DNA of 64,000 nucleotides from Eledone cirrhosa (Eukaryota): NCBI GenBank assembly GCA_964016885.1, contig OZ024764.1, positions 5,332,001 to 5,396,000 of the forward strand, read 5' to 3'. Shown piece by piece: positions 23,162 to 37,254 of this stretch (position 1 is its first letter; each line of letters starts with the position of its first letter). The notes under the pieces were generated by a model. It saw only the letters and a program-made list of their open reading frames with translations, ran no database searches and was not told where the DNA came from. The position numbers and the translations under genes were made by a program.

Positions 23162-23268
23162 GTAAGTTTTAGTTTTACACACTATCTAACCTTTATAGAA
23201 TCTGCTCCTTCCCGTCTCTCTCTCTCTCTATTGCTCCAGTTTACTCAGCTGTAGAAATGAGATGATAG

Positions 23269-23301
23269 GATATGCTTCACTAATATAAAAAAGAAATTGA
23301 T
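23269..23301 (+). CDS. Putative micro-exon 6 (33 nt; ICFTNIKKKL), SINE-derived acceptor
   Basis: Identical to 6545-6577. Confidence 0.45.
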
Positions 23302-24128
23302 GTAAGTGTTACCTTAACATACTGTCTAACCATTGTTTAATCTGCTCCTTCCTCTACCTCTCCCTTTATACACACACACACATATATACCCCTATATATA
23401 TATGTATACACACACACAAATATATACACATATATACATATATATATACACACATATATATATAATCACATATATATATACATATATACAAGCCAGACAC
23501 GGCCTGCTGACCAATCTCGCCTTAAGTGGGACAAAACCGTCCAACCCATGCTAGCATGGAAGATGGACTTTAAATGATGATGATATATACACACTGACAC
23601 ATATATATACGCATATATATATATATATATATATATGAGTTCAAGTCCGCCGAGGTTAACTTTGCCTTTCATCTTTACGAGGTCGATAAAATAAAGTACC
23701 AGTGGTGCACTGGGGTAATCGCTGGCCTTGTGCCAAAAGTAGAAACTATAATTATATATATATATAACCAAAGATTAATATGGTTCGTTGATTACTCAAC
23801 GAATACAGTTGTACAATAGATTAGAAGCACTCAACAGTGAAAGTTTTCCTGGACTTTTTAATATTAACAAATGAAAAATATTCTCATAATCAAAATATAT
23901 ACTTTATTATATACATTTCAAAGGTATATGACATACCTCTACGGTCTTGATTCTTCAATTCCAGTATTGCAGTCACTGCCAATACTGGAATTGAAGAATC
24001 AAGACCGTAGCGCTATGTCATAATCATATATTTTGTCTGATGAGGACGTACTGAAAAAACAACAATATATATAATATAGTATATATTTTGATTATGCGAA
24101 TATTTTTCATTTGTTAACATTTTGAATA

Positions 24129-24186
<58 letters not shown>

Positions 24187-24252
24187 AGGTAAAATGAATA
24201 ATGAAAGAGTTGCAAGCCTTTAAAACATATCTTTATAAAGCTCTTACATATG

Positions 24253-24310
<58 letters not shown>

Positions 24311-25994
24311 TCATTATCATTTTATGTCCGCTTCTCCCTGCTTGCAAGGGTTGGGCTCTCACCACCACTGGCCATGTTTTTCGTGGTCTTCCTTTTACTG
24401 GGATTTTTTAGCACCTCTTTACCCAGCGGTCATCCTCGATGCGCATCACTTGTCCATACCATCTCAGTCTTCTCTCCTGCACACCACAACTCATCCCCAG
24501 TTTCTCTCTCAACTCATCTATGGTCTTGTTGTTCACGCACATTGACACACACACACACACACACATATATATATTAATTCTATTGACTGATTAATAGCTC
24601 TTGTTAATTTTAAAACCATTCTGTTGAGAGCTTAATTCGTTCTGTGATATTTTGCAATTTTGCAATAACACACATACTGAATTCATCCGCCAAAACTAAG
24701 GGCTGCCCCCCCCCCCCCCTGTGAAGCCCCACGTGGGTTTTGATAACGGTCAGTCCTTGGCTTGGCACTGAACTAAAAGCCTGTTGAGAAAGTGACTTCC
24801 TTGTTCGATCATCATACCAAAAGCTTAACATTATTTGTCTAAGTAGACAGTACTTGATTTAGGAGTTGCAGAAACCCAATACTGGATATTACCAACCTTC
24901 CAGGGGTCCGGGTATAATTTTCCATCATATTTTATTTGTTTTACTCGAATTACTTGGTCGTGTCTATGGCTGTGCGGATAATTGTTTAACCATCGTCTCA
25001 GTGTGTTTGGCCTTTTAACTTATGTTGTTGCTCTAGTTCACTAGCTTCTATGGAGCGCCTGCCACACATCTCGGAAGTTGTTTTTCGTTAATTTCCAATA
25101 GCAGAAATGCAATTCTCGCTAATTTATATATATATATATATATATATATACACGTATAAGGGATAACAAAATATCGTTATAGGTAATCCAGGTAGAAGTT
25201 GTGAATACTCTGTATTGTGGTTAGTCTTAGTCTACGGCGTTGTTTGACTCAACAAGAGGTTTCCGTAGGTGGCAAGTATTTGAGTTCTCTTGAATTTTTA
25301 TGTAAGTTTATCTTGGAGTAATAATATTGAAAGCGTGAAGAATAACATGGTCAACAGTACAAAAGAAGGTTTTTATTTACAGTATTAACAATTGTTTCAC
25401 TGATTAAGTTGTCTAAAAATCGCTGAAAACTTAAAGCTGTGCCACTCAATCTACTATATATATTGGAAGTGGTCGGACGTTGTATATTTAAGTAAATAAG
25501 TAGGTGTAGTCGGATAAACGTCGAAACGGCTTGGTAGAATGCAGCGAAAATTTACACAGTTATGCAGAATTGTAGCAGTTAATGATGATATATATGTAAA
25601 AGAAATAGGATTTCGCTTCAAGCATATCTTTATACAATATGTATAAATATTTTGTATCTCCAAAGAAATACGGTTTTAGGAAGCCTTAGCTCTGCAAACC
25701 CTGGGGGGCTAACGTCCTCTGGTGAGGTCCAGCAGAAGCAAGGGGGACAACCGTCTATGCATTTCAGGCTTAACTGACCATCGTCTGGACAGTCCCTCCC
25801 ACTGCTTGCGACTGCTGGCCAGTTAAGCGTGAAATGCATAGACGGTTGTCCCCCTTGCTTCTGCTGGACATCACCAGAGGCCTTGAAACCCTAAGTCCCT
25901 TTTGCTCTGTGTATGAACAGAAATAAATAATGTAATATATATATATGTATGTGTGTATCTATTTATATATTTAACTATTTTTTTCTCATTACAG

Positions 25995-26027
25995 CACCAA
26001 TCATTCCTTCGCTTACAAGAAATTTAT
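25995..26027 (+). CDS. Putative micro-exon 7 (33 nt; TNHSFAYKKF)
   Basis: TTTCTCATTACAG | 33 nt | GTAAGT. Identical to 9320-9352. Confidence 0.7.
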
Positions 26028-27076
26028 GTAAGTGTTACCTTAACAAACTGTCTAACCATTGTTTAATCTGCTCCTTCCTCTACCTCTCCCTTTATACACA
26101 CACACACATATATACCCCTATATATATATGTATACACACACACACACAAATATATACACATATATACATATATATATACACACATATATATACATATATA
26201 CAAGCGAGACACGGCCTGCTGACCAATCTCATCTTAAGTGGGACAAAACCGTCCAACCCATGCTAGCATGGAAGATGGACTTTAAATGATGATGATATAT
26301 ATACACTGACACATATATATACATATATACAAATATATATACGCATATATCTATATATATATATATGAGTTCAAGTCCGCCGAGGTTAACTTTGCCTTTC
26401 ATCTTTACGAGGTCGATAAAATAAAGTACCAGTGGTGCACTCGGGTAATCGCTGGCCTTGTGCCAAAAGTAGAAACTATATTTATATATATATAACCAAA
26501 GATTAATATGGTTCGTTGATTACTCAACGAATACAGTTTTACAATAGATTAGAAGCACTCAACAGTGAAATTTTCCTGGAGTTTTTAATATTATTCAAAA
26601 TATTAACAAATGAAAAATATTCTCATAATCAAAATATATACTTTATTATATACATTTCAAAGGTATATGACATACCTCTACGGTCTTGATTATTCAATTC
26701 CACTATTGGCAGTGACTATATATTTATAGGCAAAATGAATAATGAAAGAGTTGCAAGCCGTTAAAACATATCTTTATAAAGCTCTTACATATGTTATATA
26801 TATATATATCATCATCATCATTATATGTCCGCTTTTCCCTGCTTGCAAGGGTAGGGCTCTCACCACCACCGGCCATGTTTTTTGTGGTCTTCCTCTACTG
26901 CGTCTTCCTTCTACTGGGATTTTTTAGCACCTCTTTACCCAGCGGTCATCCTCGATGCACATCACTTGTCCATACCATCTCAGTCTTCTCTCCTGCACAT
27001 CACAACTTATCCCCAGTTTCTCTCTCAACTCATCTATGCTCTTGTCGTTCACGCACATTGACACACACACATACAC

Positions 27077-27109
<33 letters not shown>

Positions 27110-27441
27110 TATAAGGGATAACAAAATATCGTTATAGGTAATCCAGGTAGAGGTTGTGAATACTCTGTATTGTGGTTAGTCTTAGTCTACGGCGTTGTTT
27201 GACTCAACAAGAGGTTTCCGTAGGTGGCAAGTATTTGAGTTCTCTTGAATTCCTATGTAAGTTTATCTTGGAGTAATAATATTGAAAGCGTGAAGAATAA
27301 CATGGTCAACAGTACAAAAATAGGTTTTTATTTACAGTATTAACAATTGTTTCACTGATTAAGTTGTCTAAAAATTGCTGAACACTTGAAGCTGTGCCAC
27401 TCAATTTTAAATATGTTGTTAGCTTAACCAGATCATCAGAA

Positions 27442-27506
<65 letters not shown>

Positions 27507-28066
27507 TACAAATTATGTCCATAGAACCATTTGATAAGATATATACACCATTTCCTCTCCCAATTAGCATAATCAACCACACAAAAAATCAATTAGGCCA
27601 GGCTATAAGATTAAAAGGCACCTATGATAAAATAGTAGATAAATAAACGACAGCATTTCAATAGCATGTGGAAATCAATTAAATATATCGTCAACCATAC
27701 ACAATTAGGTATAAAATTAAAGTTAGAAGAAAAAATGCATATACACATACCAGGATTACGTTTCTACGCTTTAGGGTTTCGTTTGCATTTGGAAATATAC
27801 TATCAAGGATAAATTCGATATAAATTCTATAAATTTATCAAGGATAAATTTATAGTATATTGCTCTGATTATTTAATTTATTAATTCATCATTGAGCCAC
27901 ATCGTGAATGGTTGCCAAAAACATATATATCTATGACTTTGTCTAGTTTGTGTATATGTAAATCTTTATATTGATTGTTCCTTATGTAGCACAGCCTTTC
28001 AGATTCCATCTTTGCGCACAAGTCTACAGCAAGCTGGTTGAAGAGTACTCTTGCACGGTGGAACAG

Positions 28067-29527
28067 CAACGTAGTAAGTAAGGCAATCAAAGATATGAAG
28101 ATGGGGAAGGCAACCGGTCCATCGGGTATAGCTGCCGAGATGCTGAAGGCATCTGGGTCTGTAGGTCACACTATAACCACACGTATTGTTAACCAGGTAA
28201 TACTAGAAGGTGTCATACCAAAAGATTGGTGCAGTAGCATCATTGTCAACTGCTACAAAAGTAAAGGTGATGCACTAGATAGAGGAAACTATAGAGGTAT
28301 AAAGCTGATGGACCAGGTCATGAAAGTAACAGAAAGAGTTATAGCACAGTTGAAGAGGCACCACTGATGCCCTCTTCCTTGTCAGGCAGTTACAGGAAAA
28401 GTACCTAGCTAAAAGTAAGCCACTCTACCTGGCATTTGTCGACCTTGAGAAAGCCTTTGACAGAGTTCCACGTGCTGTAATCTGGTGGGCTCTTAGAAAA
28501 CTAGGAGTAGATGAATAGCTTGTGAAAGTGGTACAAGCCATGTATAGGGGAGCAGTCAGCAAAGTTAGGATTAGCAATGAGTATAGCGAGGAATTTAGCG
28601 TACAGGTTGGGGTCCATCAGGGCTCTGTTCTTAGCCCCCTCCTGTTCATCATTGTCCTGCAGGCAATAACGGAGGACTTTAAGACCGGATGCCCATGGGA
28701 ACTCCTGTATGCTGATGACCTCGCACTTATAGCTGAATCTATGGTAGAACTAGAGAAGAAATTCCAAACTTGGAAGCAGGGACTAGAAAGAAAGGGTCTC
28801 AAAGTCAACATGACAAAGACTAAGGTCCTTGTAAGTAGACGAGAAAACAGAACCCAGATCCCCTCAGGGAAATGGCCTTGCTCAGTATGTAGGAACTCCA
28901 TTCTCTGCCCCAAATGCAAACAATGAGTACACAAGAGATGTAGCGGGATCTCAGGAAGCTTAATTAAGAATGTAGGCTTCACATGCAGCAGCTGTGCTGG
29001 GACAGCAAGCAGCAAACAGCCACAGGAAACAAGTACCACCAATCTCTGGGAGGGCTCTGTAGAAACAGTAGACAGCTTCTGCTACCTAGGTGACCGAATT
29101 AGCAGCGGAGGTGGGTGTTCAGAAAGTACAATAACTAGGGTAAGAATGGAATGGAAGAAGTTTAGGGAACTACTATCACTGCTAGCTGCAAAAGGCTTCT
29201 CCCTCAAAATGAAAGGCAGACTGTATGATGCGTGTATCCGAACAGCGATGTTGCATGGTAGTGAGACCTGGGCTCTGAAGGTGGAAGACTTACGTAGATT
29301 AGAGAGAAACGAAGCCTGCATGCTCCGATGGATGTGTAACAGTAATATACGCGAACGACAAAGCTTAAATGAATTGAGAGACTGAGCATAAGAGGAATCA
29401 AATGCTGTGTGCAGGAGAGGCGGTTGCGCTGGTATGGACATGTGATGCGTATGAAGGATGACAGCTGCATAAAAAGGTGCAGAGCACTAGAAGTCGATGG
29501 AAACCGCGGAGTGGAGGGACCCAAGAT
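28067..29527 (+). mobile_element. RTE LINE RT pseudogene (duplicate of 11366-12826)
   Basis: Same motifs and lesions, offset 16701. Confidence 0.92.
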
Positions 29528-29905
29528 GAGGAGAGAAAGAGTGTGAGAGAGAGAGAGTGAGATAAAGAGAGGGAGTGAAAGAGAGAAATAGAGGGATTGA
29601 GAGAGATACATTAAAACAATAACAGAAGGTCTGACTGGAGAATTTACTTTAGAATTTTAAGAGAAAAGAGGAAGGTTTCAGACTTCTGGAATTCCTTCAC
29701 GAAAATGTCCTATATATCTGGAACACAAACTTCAAAAAATGAGACAACCACTTAATAACCTATAGATCATGTGAGCCCACCAGCTAGATAGATTTCATTG
29801 TTACCAGAAGACAGAGTGACTGTTATAAACACAATGTCCCTCCCTAGTGAAGAATGCACCTCCCAAAATACCTTAGAAGACAACCTGGAAGAAAAGAGTA
29901 GAGAT

Positions 29906-30766
29906 CAAAATCAAAAGGTCTTAAAGTCAATTTGGTAAAGACTAAAGTTCTAGTAAGTAGAAAGGAAAACTGGGCCCAGATCTCTTCAGGTAAACTGTCC
30001 TGCTCAGTGTGCAGAAAAGGAGTAGGTAGAAATTCCCATCCTATGTCCCATATAGAAATGATGGGTACACAAAAGATGTTGTGGGATCTCAGGGAGGCTA
30101 ACAAAGAACGTAGCTTCTACATGTGGCCAATGAACAGGAGCAGTAAATAACAAGAACTCTCAGGTTACAATCTCCTTCAAATACCCAGAAGTATCTGTAG
30201 AGGTGGTAGATAGTTTCTGTTACCTAGGTGACTAAATCAGCAGTGGAGTAGGGTGGTCCAAAAATTCAGTAACCAGAGTGAGATTAGATTGGAGAAAGTG
30301 CAGGGATCTACTACTACTGCAAACTACAAAACATTTTTCCATCAAAATGAAGGGCAGACTGTATGACGCAGGTATACAAACAACAATGTTGCACAGCAGC
30401 GAGACCTGGGCACTGTGTGTAGAAGATCTGTAAAGATTGGAAAGAAATGAGCCTCCATGCTTCAATGGATGTGCCATAGTAATATATGCAAATGGCAAAA
30501 CATAAATGTACTGTGAGAGGATTTAGGCATAAGAGGGATTAGATGCAGTGTGCAGGAGTGGGATTGTTTTGGTATAGACATGTGATGTGTATGAAGGGTG
30601 ACAGCTGTATAAAAAGGTGCCAAACGCACAAAGTTGACAGAGGCCGTGGAGTGGGCAGGTCTAGGAAGACTTGGGATGAGGTAAGGAAAGCTGATTTTGT
30701 ACAATTACACCTAGCTAAGGCAATGACACAGGATGGTGACCTCTGGCGCTATGCACAATTATAGAG
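29906..30766 (+). mobile_element. RTE LINE 3' fragment (duplicate of 13205-14065)
   Basis: Identical ORF translations. Confidence 0.85.
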
Positions 30767-30968
30767 GACTACATCCACAATCCACCAGACATTTTCCCTA
30801 CCAACACCCCACACAAGTTCCCAAACCTCACCATAAAGTGGTCCCGCTGCAGCCATGACAAACGTGTCCAGTCCACACTGTACAGTGGTCTTGTAGGTGT
30901 CTTGCCAAAAATCAATATTGGGCCTTAAAACCTTGAGTCCCTTTTGTTCTGTGTATGAACATAAATAA

Positions 30969-31305
30969 TTGTTTCTACTTTTGGCACAAGGCCAGCAATT
31001 ATCCAGTGCATTACTGGTACTTTATTTTATCGACCCCGTAAGGATGAAAAGCAAAGTTAACCTCGGCGGGATTTGAACTCAGATCATACAAGGAGGTAAC
31101 TATGCTTCAAAGCATGGCGTCCGACTCTCTACCGATACTGCCAATCCACCGCCTGAACATAAATAAATAATTGGTTCTACTTTAGGCACAAGGCCAGCAA
31201 TTACCTAGTACATTACTGGTACTTTATTTTATCGACTCCGTAAGGATGAAAGGCAAAGTCAACCTCGGAGGGATTTGAACTCAGATCGGAAAGGGACGTA
31301 ACTAA
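30969..31305 (-). mobile_element. Two tandem Deu/Nin-like SINE copies; same arrangement at 59103-59437
   Basis: CTGGTACTTTATTTTATCGAC(C/T)CCGTAAGGATGAAA occurs twice, and TGAACATAAATAA is duplicated around the first copy. Confidence 0.7.
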
Positions 31306-31382
31306 ATAAATAATGTAGTATATATATATATATTTGTGTGTGTATCTATTTATATATTTAAGTATATTTTTTGTAATCACAG

Positions 31383-31424
31383 GACTGATACAGAGGAGGG
31401 TACCGCTCCAGAAAATAATGACGA
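31383..31424 (+). CDS. Putative micro-exon 8 (42 nt; TDTEEGTAPENND)
   Basis: Identical to 14535-14576 including splice sites. Confidence 0.7.
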
Positions 31425-31749
31425 GTAAGTTTTAGTTTTACATACTATCTAACCATTATTCTATCTGTTCCTTCCCGTCTCTCTCTCTCTTATATATATA
31501 TATATATATTTATATATATAGTAAGGTGTATTACTGGTTGTGTAAAACGGTCCAATAAATTTTTGTTAGCAATATTAAGTCTCCACGCTTTTGTATATCT
31601 CCAATTCCATTCAAGGGAACAGCTAGATGATGTAAAACGGAGTATTTCTATCAAAATGAAAATCCGAAGGCAAGGTAAAATTTCCAATCATTTTAATCAC
31701 ATCGTGATTAAAATGATTGGAAATCTTACCTTCCTTTGGATTTTCATTT

Positions 31750-31794
<45 letters not shown>

Positions 31795-32013
31795 TAAGTT
31801 AAAAATGTACATCTACATATGCATACTGAAATACTAGTGTGTATATGAATACACACACGTATACATATGTAGGTGTAACAAGTCTTTCACTGGTTGCTTT
31901 ACTGTGAGCAACCCAGCTATTCCGTATGTAAACACACAGACAAACCGGTTTTTAGAGTCATACTGGTTTTCGGGGGAACACCTTCCCTCTATTCTCCAGA
32001 AAGTCAGACAAGG

Positions 32014-32058
32014 AATATTGAACTAGTTTCGTTGTTGTTACAACTCATCAGCAATATT
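32014..32058 (-). ncRNA. Minimal type I hammerhead ribozyme
   Basis: Same motif, minus strand. Confidence 0.8.
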
Positions 32059-32743
32059 TACCTATCTACCGGCCCCTCTGGAGAATTGTAAAAGCACATA
32101 TCGTTATATGCTTTTTCTATGAAAATTAGTAGTGGGCAGACTAATTTGCATAGAGTGTGAGTACGCACCGGTTCAGCGGAGACGATAAAAACAAATAACA
32201 AAACGAAATTAAATTTCGTTTCGTTTGTAACTCACTTTTGTATGACTGACGCTTAAACAATTAAGTTAAAAATGTACATCTACATATGCATACTGAAATA
32301 CTAGTGTGTATATGAATACACACACGTATACATATGTAGGTGTAACAAGTCTTTCACTGGTTGCTTTACTGTGAGCAACCCAGCTATTTTGTATGTAAAC
32401 ACACAGACAAACCGGTAGCTGGGTTGCTCACAGTAAAGCAACCAGTGAAAGACTTGTTACACCTACATATGTATACGTGTGTGTATTCATATACACACTA
32501 GTATTTCAGTATGCATATGTAGATGTACATTTTTAACTTAATTGTTTAAGCGTCAGTCATACAAAAGTGAGTTACAAACGAAACGAAATTTAATTTTGTT
32601 TTGTTATTTGTTTTTATCGTCTCCGCTGAACCGGTGCGTACTCACACTCTATGCAAATTAGTCTGCCCACTACTAATTTTCATAGAAAAAGCATATAACG
32701 ATATGTGCTTTTACAATTCTCCAGAGGGGCCGGTAGATAGGTA

Positions 32744-32788
32744 AATATTGCTGATGAGTTGTAACAACAACGAAACTAGTTCAATATT
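32744..32788 (+). ncRNA. Minimal type I hammerhead ribozyme
   Basis: Same motif as 15896-15940. Confidence 0.82.
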
Positions 32789-33210
32789 CCTTGTCTGGCT
32801 TTCTGGAGAATAGAGGGAAGGTGTTCCCCCGAAAACCAGTATGACTCTAAAAACCGGTTTGTCTGTGTGTTTACATACAAAATAGCTGGGTTGCTCACAG
32901 TAAAGCAACCAGTGAAAGACTTGTTACACCTACATATGTATACGTGTGTGTATTCATATACACACTAGTATTTCAGTATGCATATGTAGATGTACATTTT
33001 TAACTTAATTGTTTAAGCGTCAGTCATACAAAAGTGAGTTACAAACGAAACGAAATTTAATTTCGTTTTGTTATTTGTTTTTATCGTCTCCGCTGAACCG
33101 GTGCGTACTCACACTCTATGCAAATTAGTCTGCCCACTACTAATTTTCATAGAAAAAGCATATAACGATATGTGCTTTTACAATTCTCCAGAGGGGCCGG
33201 TAGATAGGTA

Positions 33211-33255
33211 AATATTGCTGATGAGTTGTAACAACAACGAAACTAGTTCAATATT
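33211..33255 (+). ncRNA. Minimal type I hammerhead ribozyme
   Basis: Same motif, 467 nt downstream of the previous copy. Confidence 0.82.
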
Positions 33256-34206
33256 CCTTGTCTGGCTTTCTGGAGAATAGAGGGAAGGTGTTCCCCCGAA
33301 AACCAGTATGACTCTAAAAACCGGTTTGTCTGTGTGTTTACATACGGAATAGCTGGGTTGCTCACAGTAAAGCAACCAGTGAAAGACTTGTTACACCTAC
33401 ATATGTATACGTGTGTGTATTCATATACACACTAGTATTTCAGTATGCATATGTAGATGTACATTTTTAACTTAATTGTTTAAGCGTCAGTCATACAAAA
33501 GTGAGTTACAAACGAAACGAAATTTAATTTCGTTTTGTTATTTGTTTTTATATATATATATATATATATGACTCTGTCTCTTATAAACCACGTTGGCTAT
33601 TATGACACTCTCTCCAACACAGAGAGCTATGTTGGCTAATATGACTATCTCTCTCTATGTTGGCTATTATGACTCTCTCTCTCTCTCTCTCTCCCTCCCT
33701 CTCTATGTTGGCTAATATGACTCTCTCTCTCCCTCTCTATGTTGGCTATTATGACTCTCTCTCTCTCTATGTTGGCTATAATGACTCTCTCTCTCTCTAT
33801 GTTGGCTATAATGACTCTCTCTCTCTCTATGTTGGCTATTATGTCTCTCTCTGTTCAAGGTTTATGAAGTTAGATGAACATCTTCAAAGTCCTCCCATAT
33901 TCGCCTCGTCTAATATGCGTTCTTGTACCTGATTATTTCCCCCAAATCTCCTGGGATGTTATAAACCATGATGGCTACCTATCTCACAATTTCTCTCCTG
34001 CCCACCCCCTCATACCACCATAGTCTATTCGACCAATCAAACCTCAGAAACATGTCCCCACCCATTACCAACCCCAACAAACTGCCATTACTACTACTTC
34101 TACTTTTCTTCTAGCCCTTACCAGCCCCAACAAACCCTGACATTATTACTACTATTGTCCTTCTAGCCATGGGCTGAGGATAAATGGGGCTACCCCAAAT
34201 TAATAA

Positions 34207-35420
34207 ATGAATATGAATCCGCAAGTTACCAAGCACCCATGCAAAGCTTTAATTCAGAGACAGGAAGCATACACACCCCACTGCAAAAATTCACCCTTTC
34301 CCACGAATGGTGGCAAATGCCCAAAACTCCGAGTTGGAACCATCAATGTAAGCACAATGAAAGGAAGAGCAGGAGAAATTGTAGAGATGCTAGAGCGAAA
34401 GAAAATTGATGTATGCTGTGTGCAAGAGACTAGATGGAGAGCAGAGTCCGCTGGAGTCCTTGCAGGCAGAAGTCAGTGCTACCAATTTGTCTGGGTAGCA
34501 AATGACAACAGGATGGGAGGTGTAGCTATCCTATTAGCTGACAAATGGGTAGATAAGGTAATCTCAGTGAACAGGGTGAATGCAAGAATAATGAAACTTG
34601 GACTAGTCCTGAATAAAACAATTGCCACAATAATATCAGCTTACGCACCCCAATTGGGGTTGCCAGCTGACTATAGCGGGGAATTTAGTTTAGAGGTCGG
34701 TGTCCACCAGGGCTCTGTTCTTAGCCCACTCCTGTTCGTTAAAGTATTGCAAGCAATAATGGCGGTGATTATGACCGGATGCCCATGGGAACTCCTATAT
34801 GCGGATCATCTCACACTTATAGCCGAATCTATGGTGGAACTATACTTGCTCAGTATGTAGGAAAGGAGTAGGCTGGCTGCAAAAGGTTTTCCCCTCAAAA
34901 TGAAAAGCAGACTGTATGATGTGGGTATACGAATAGCAATGTTACATAGTAGTGAAACCTGGGCGCCGTCTGTGGAAGACTTGCATAGATTAGAAAGAAA
35001 CGAAGCCTGCATGCTCCGATGGATGTGTAATAGTAATATACGCAAACGGCAAAGCATAAATGAATTGAGAGAGTGACTGAGCATAAGAGGAATGAAATGC
35101 TGTGTGCAGGAGAGGATGTTGCATTGGACATGTGATGCGTATGAAGGATGACAGCTGTATAAAAAGGTGTAGAGCAGTAGAAGTCGATGGAAGCCGTGGA
35201 GTGGGGAGACCCAAGAAGAGCTGGGATGAGGTGATAAAAGCCGGACTCACTGTAAATGAGGTTGGTGTTAGGAAGGGCATCCAGCTGTAGGAATCAAGCC
35301 AGAATCAGTTCCTGTATGAGCAAGACAAGGTCAGCTGAACAGACACTGCCCACAACAGGACAACCCGTCTAACCCATGCTTGCGTGGAAGAATGGACGTA
35401 AAACAGTGATGAAGATGATA
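34207..35420 (+). mobile_element. Internally deleted RTE LINE (EN-RT fusion)
   Basis: Duplicate of 16896-18108. Confidence 0.9.
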
Positions 35421-35422
35421 TA

Positions 35423-37254
35423 TCATATATGCTAGTGTACTATTTGACATTTGGAGCCTAAAAATATCTCTCCAAAACCAGGGGTCGACTTGTCTGCTGA
35501 ATATAGTATGTTACCTTTACCACTGAGGGGTAAACAGTGAAACTGCCTGCCTAACACTTGTTGTACACCACTTACCATAACTCTAGCAACCCACCACATT
35601 TATTTCTACTGAATCTCATATTTGTTAAGTTTAACGTAGAGATTATAGTAATATCAATGTCTTGCTGTAGCTTATAGGGTAGGTTACCATAGGGCAGGTT
35701 ACTGTAGGGTAGGATACTGTCTGGTAGGTTACCATAGGGTAGGTTACTGTAGGGTAGGTTACTGTAGTGTAGGTTACTGTAGGGTAGGTTACTATAGGGT
35801 AGGTTACTGTAGGGTAGATTACTCTAGGCTAGGTTACCATAGGGTAGGTTACTGTAGTGTAGGTTACCATAGGGTAGGTTACCACAGAGTAGGTGACCAT
35901 AGGGTATGTTATTATAGGGTAGGTAACTGTAGGTTAGGTTACTGTAGGGTAGGTTACCTTATGGTAAGTTACTATAGGGTAGGTTACCATAGTGTAGGTT
36001 ACCTTATGGTAAGTTACTATAGGGTAGGTTACCATAGGGTAGGTTACCTTATGGTAGGTTACTTTATGGTAAGTTACTATAGGGTAGGTTACCATAGGGT
36101 AGGTTACCTTATGGTAAGTTACTATAGGGTAGGTTACCATAGTGTAGGTTACCTTATGGTAAGTTACTATAGGCTAGGTTACCATAGGGTAGGTTACCTT
36201 AGTGTAGGTAAGAATAGGGTAGGTTACCATAGGTTAGGTTACTGTAGGGTAGGTTAGCATAAGGTAGGTTACCATAGGGTAGGTTACTGTAGGGTAGGTT
36301 ACCATAGGGTAGGTTACTGTAGGTAGGTTACCGTAGGTTAGGTTACTGTAGGGTAGGTTAACATAGGGTTGGTTCCCATAGGTTAAGTTCATATAGGTTG
36401 TTACCATATGGTAGGTTACTGTAGGGTAGGTTGCTATAGGGTAGGTTATCGTAGAGTAGGTTACCATAAGGTAGGTTACCGTAGGGTAGGTTACTATAGG
36501 GTAGGGTATCATAGGATAGGTTACCATAAGGCAGGTTACCATAGAGTAGGTTACCTTAGGGTAGTTTACTATAAGATAGGTTACCATAGTGTAGCTTACC
36601 ATAGGGTAGGTTGTTACCATAGGCAAGGTTACTATAGGGTGGGTTACCATAGGGTAGTTTATGATATGGTTGGTTACCATAGTGTAGGTTACTATAACAT
36701 AGGTTACCATAGTGTAGGATACCTTAGATTAGGTTACCACAGGATAGGTTATTGTAGGTTAGGTTACCATAGGTTAGGTTAGCAATGGGTAGGTTACTAT
36801 AGGTTGTTACCATAAGGTAGGTTACTGTATGGTGGGTTACCATAGGGTAGGGTACCATAAAGTAGGTTATTATAGTGTAGGTTACCTTAGGATAGGTAAC
36901 CATAGGGTAGGTTACTATGGGGTAAGTTACCATAGGGTAGGTTCCCATAGGGTAGGTTAACATAAGCTAGGTTACCTCAGGGTAGGTTACCATACCATAA
37001 AGTAGGTTACCATAGGTTTGTTAAGGTTAGGCTAGGCTGGTCTACTCGGTGAGTTAAAACTCACTTGTGACTGTAGTGTTTTAGAAGTGTCTCAATCTTT
37101 CATGCACCACTAAATTTTTTAACTATTTCCCCTGAAACTGCCTTATTTTTGGGGGTCATCTTATCAATCGAATAGCGTCCTAAATCTAAATTATACTTCA
37201 GAATTTTAGGGGCCGACTTATGTACCGGATAGACTTGTACACCGGCATATATGG
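35423..37254. mobile_element. pogo/Tigger-like element with 15-bp satellite (array about 35674-37030)
   Basis: Duplicate of 18112-19943 with both TIRs. Confidence 0.7.

Larger units (their letters stand above)
31791..33549. mobile_element. Hammerhead-bearing 467-bp element, one extra tandem unit
   Basis: Duplicate of 14943-16234 plus 467 bp (ORF echoes at 32711 and 33178). Confidence 0.8.
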
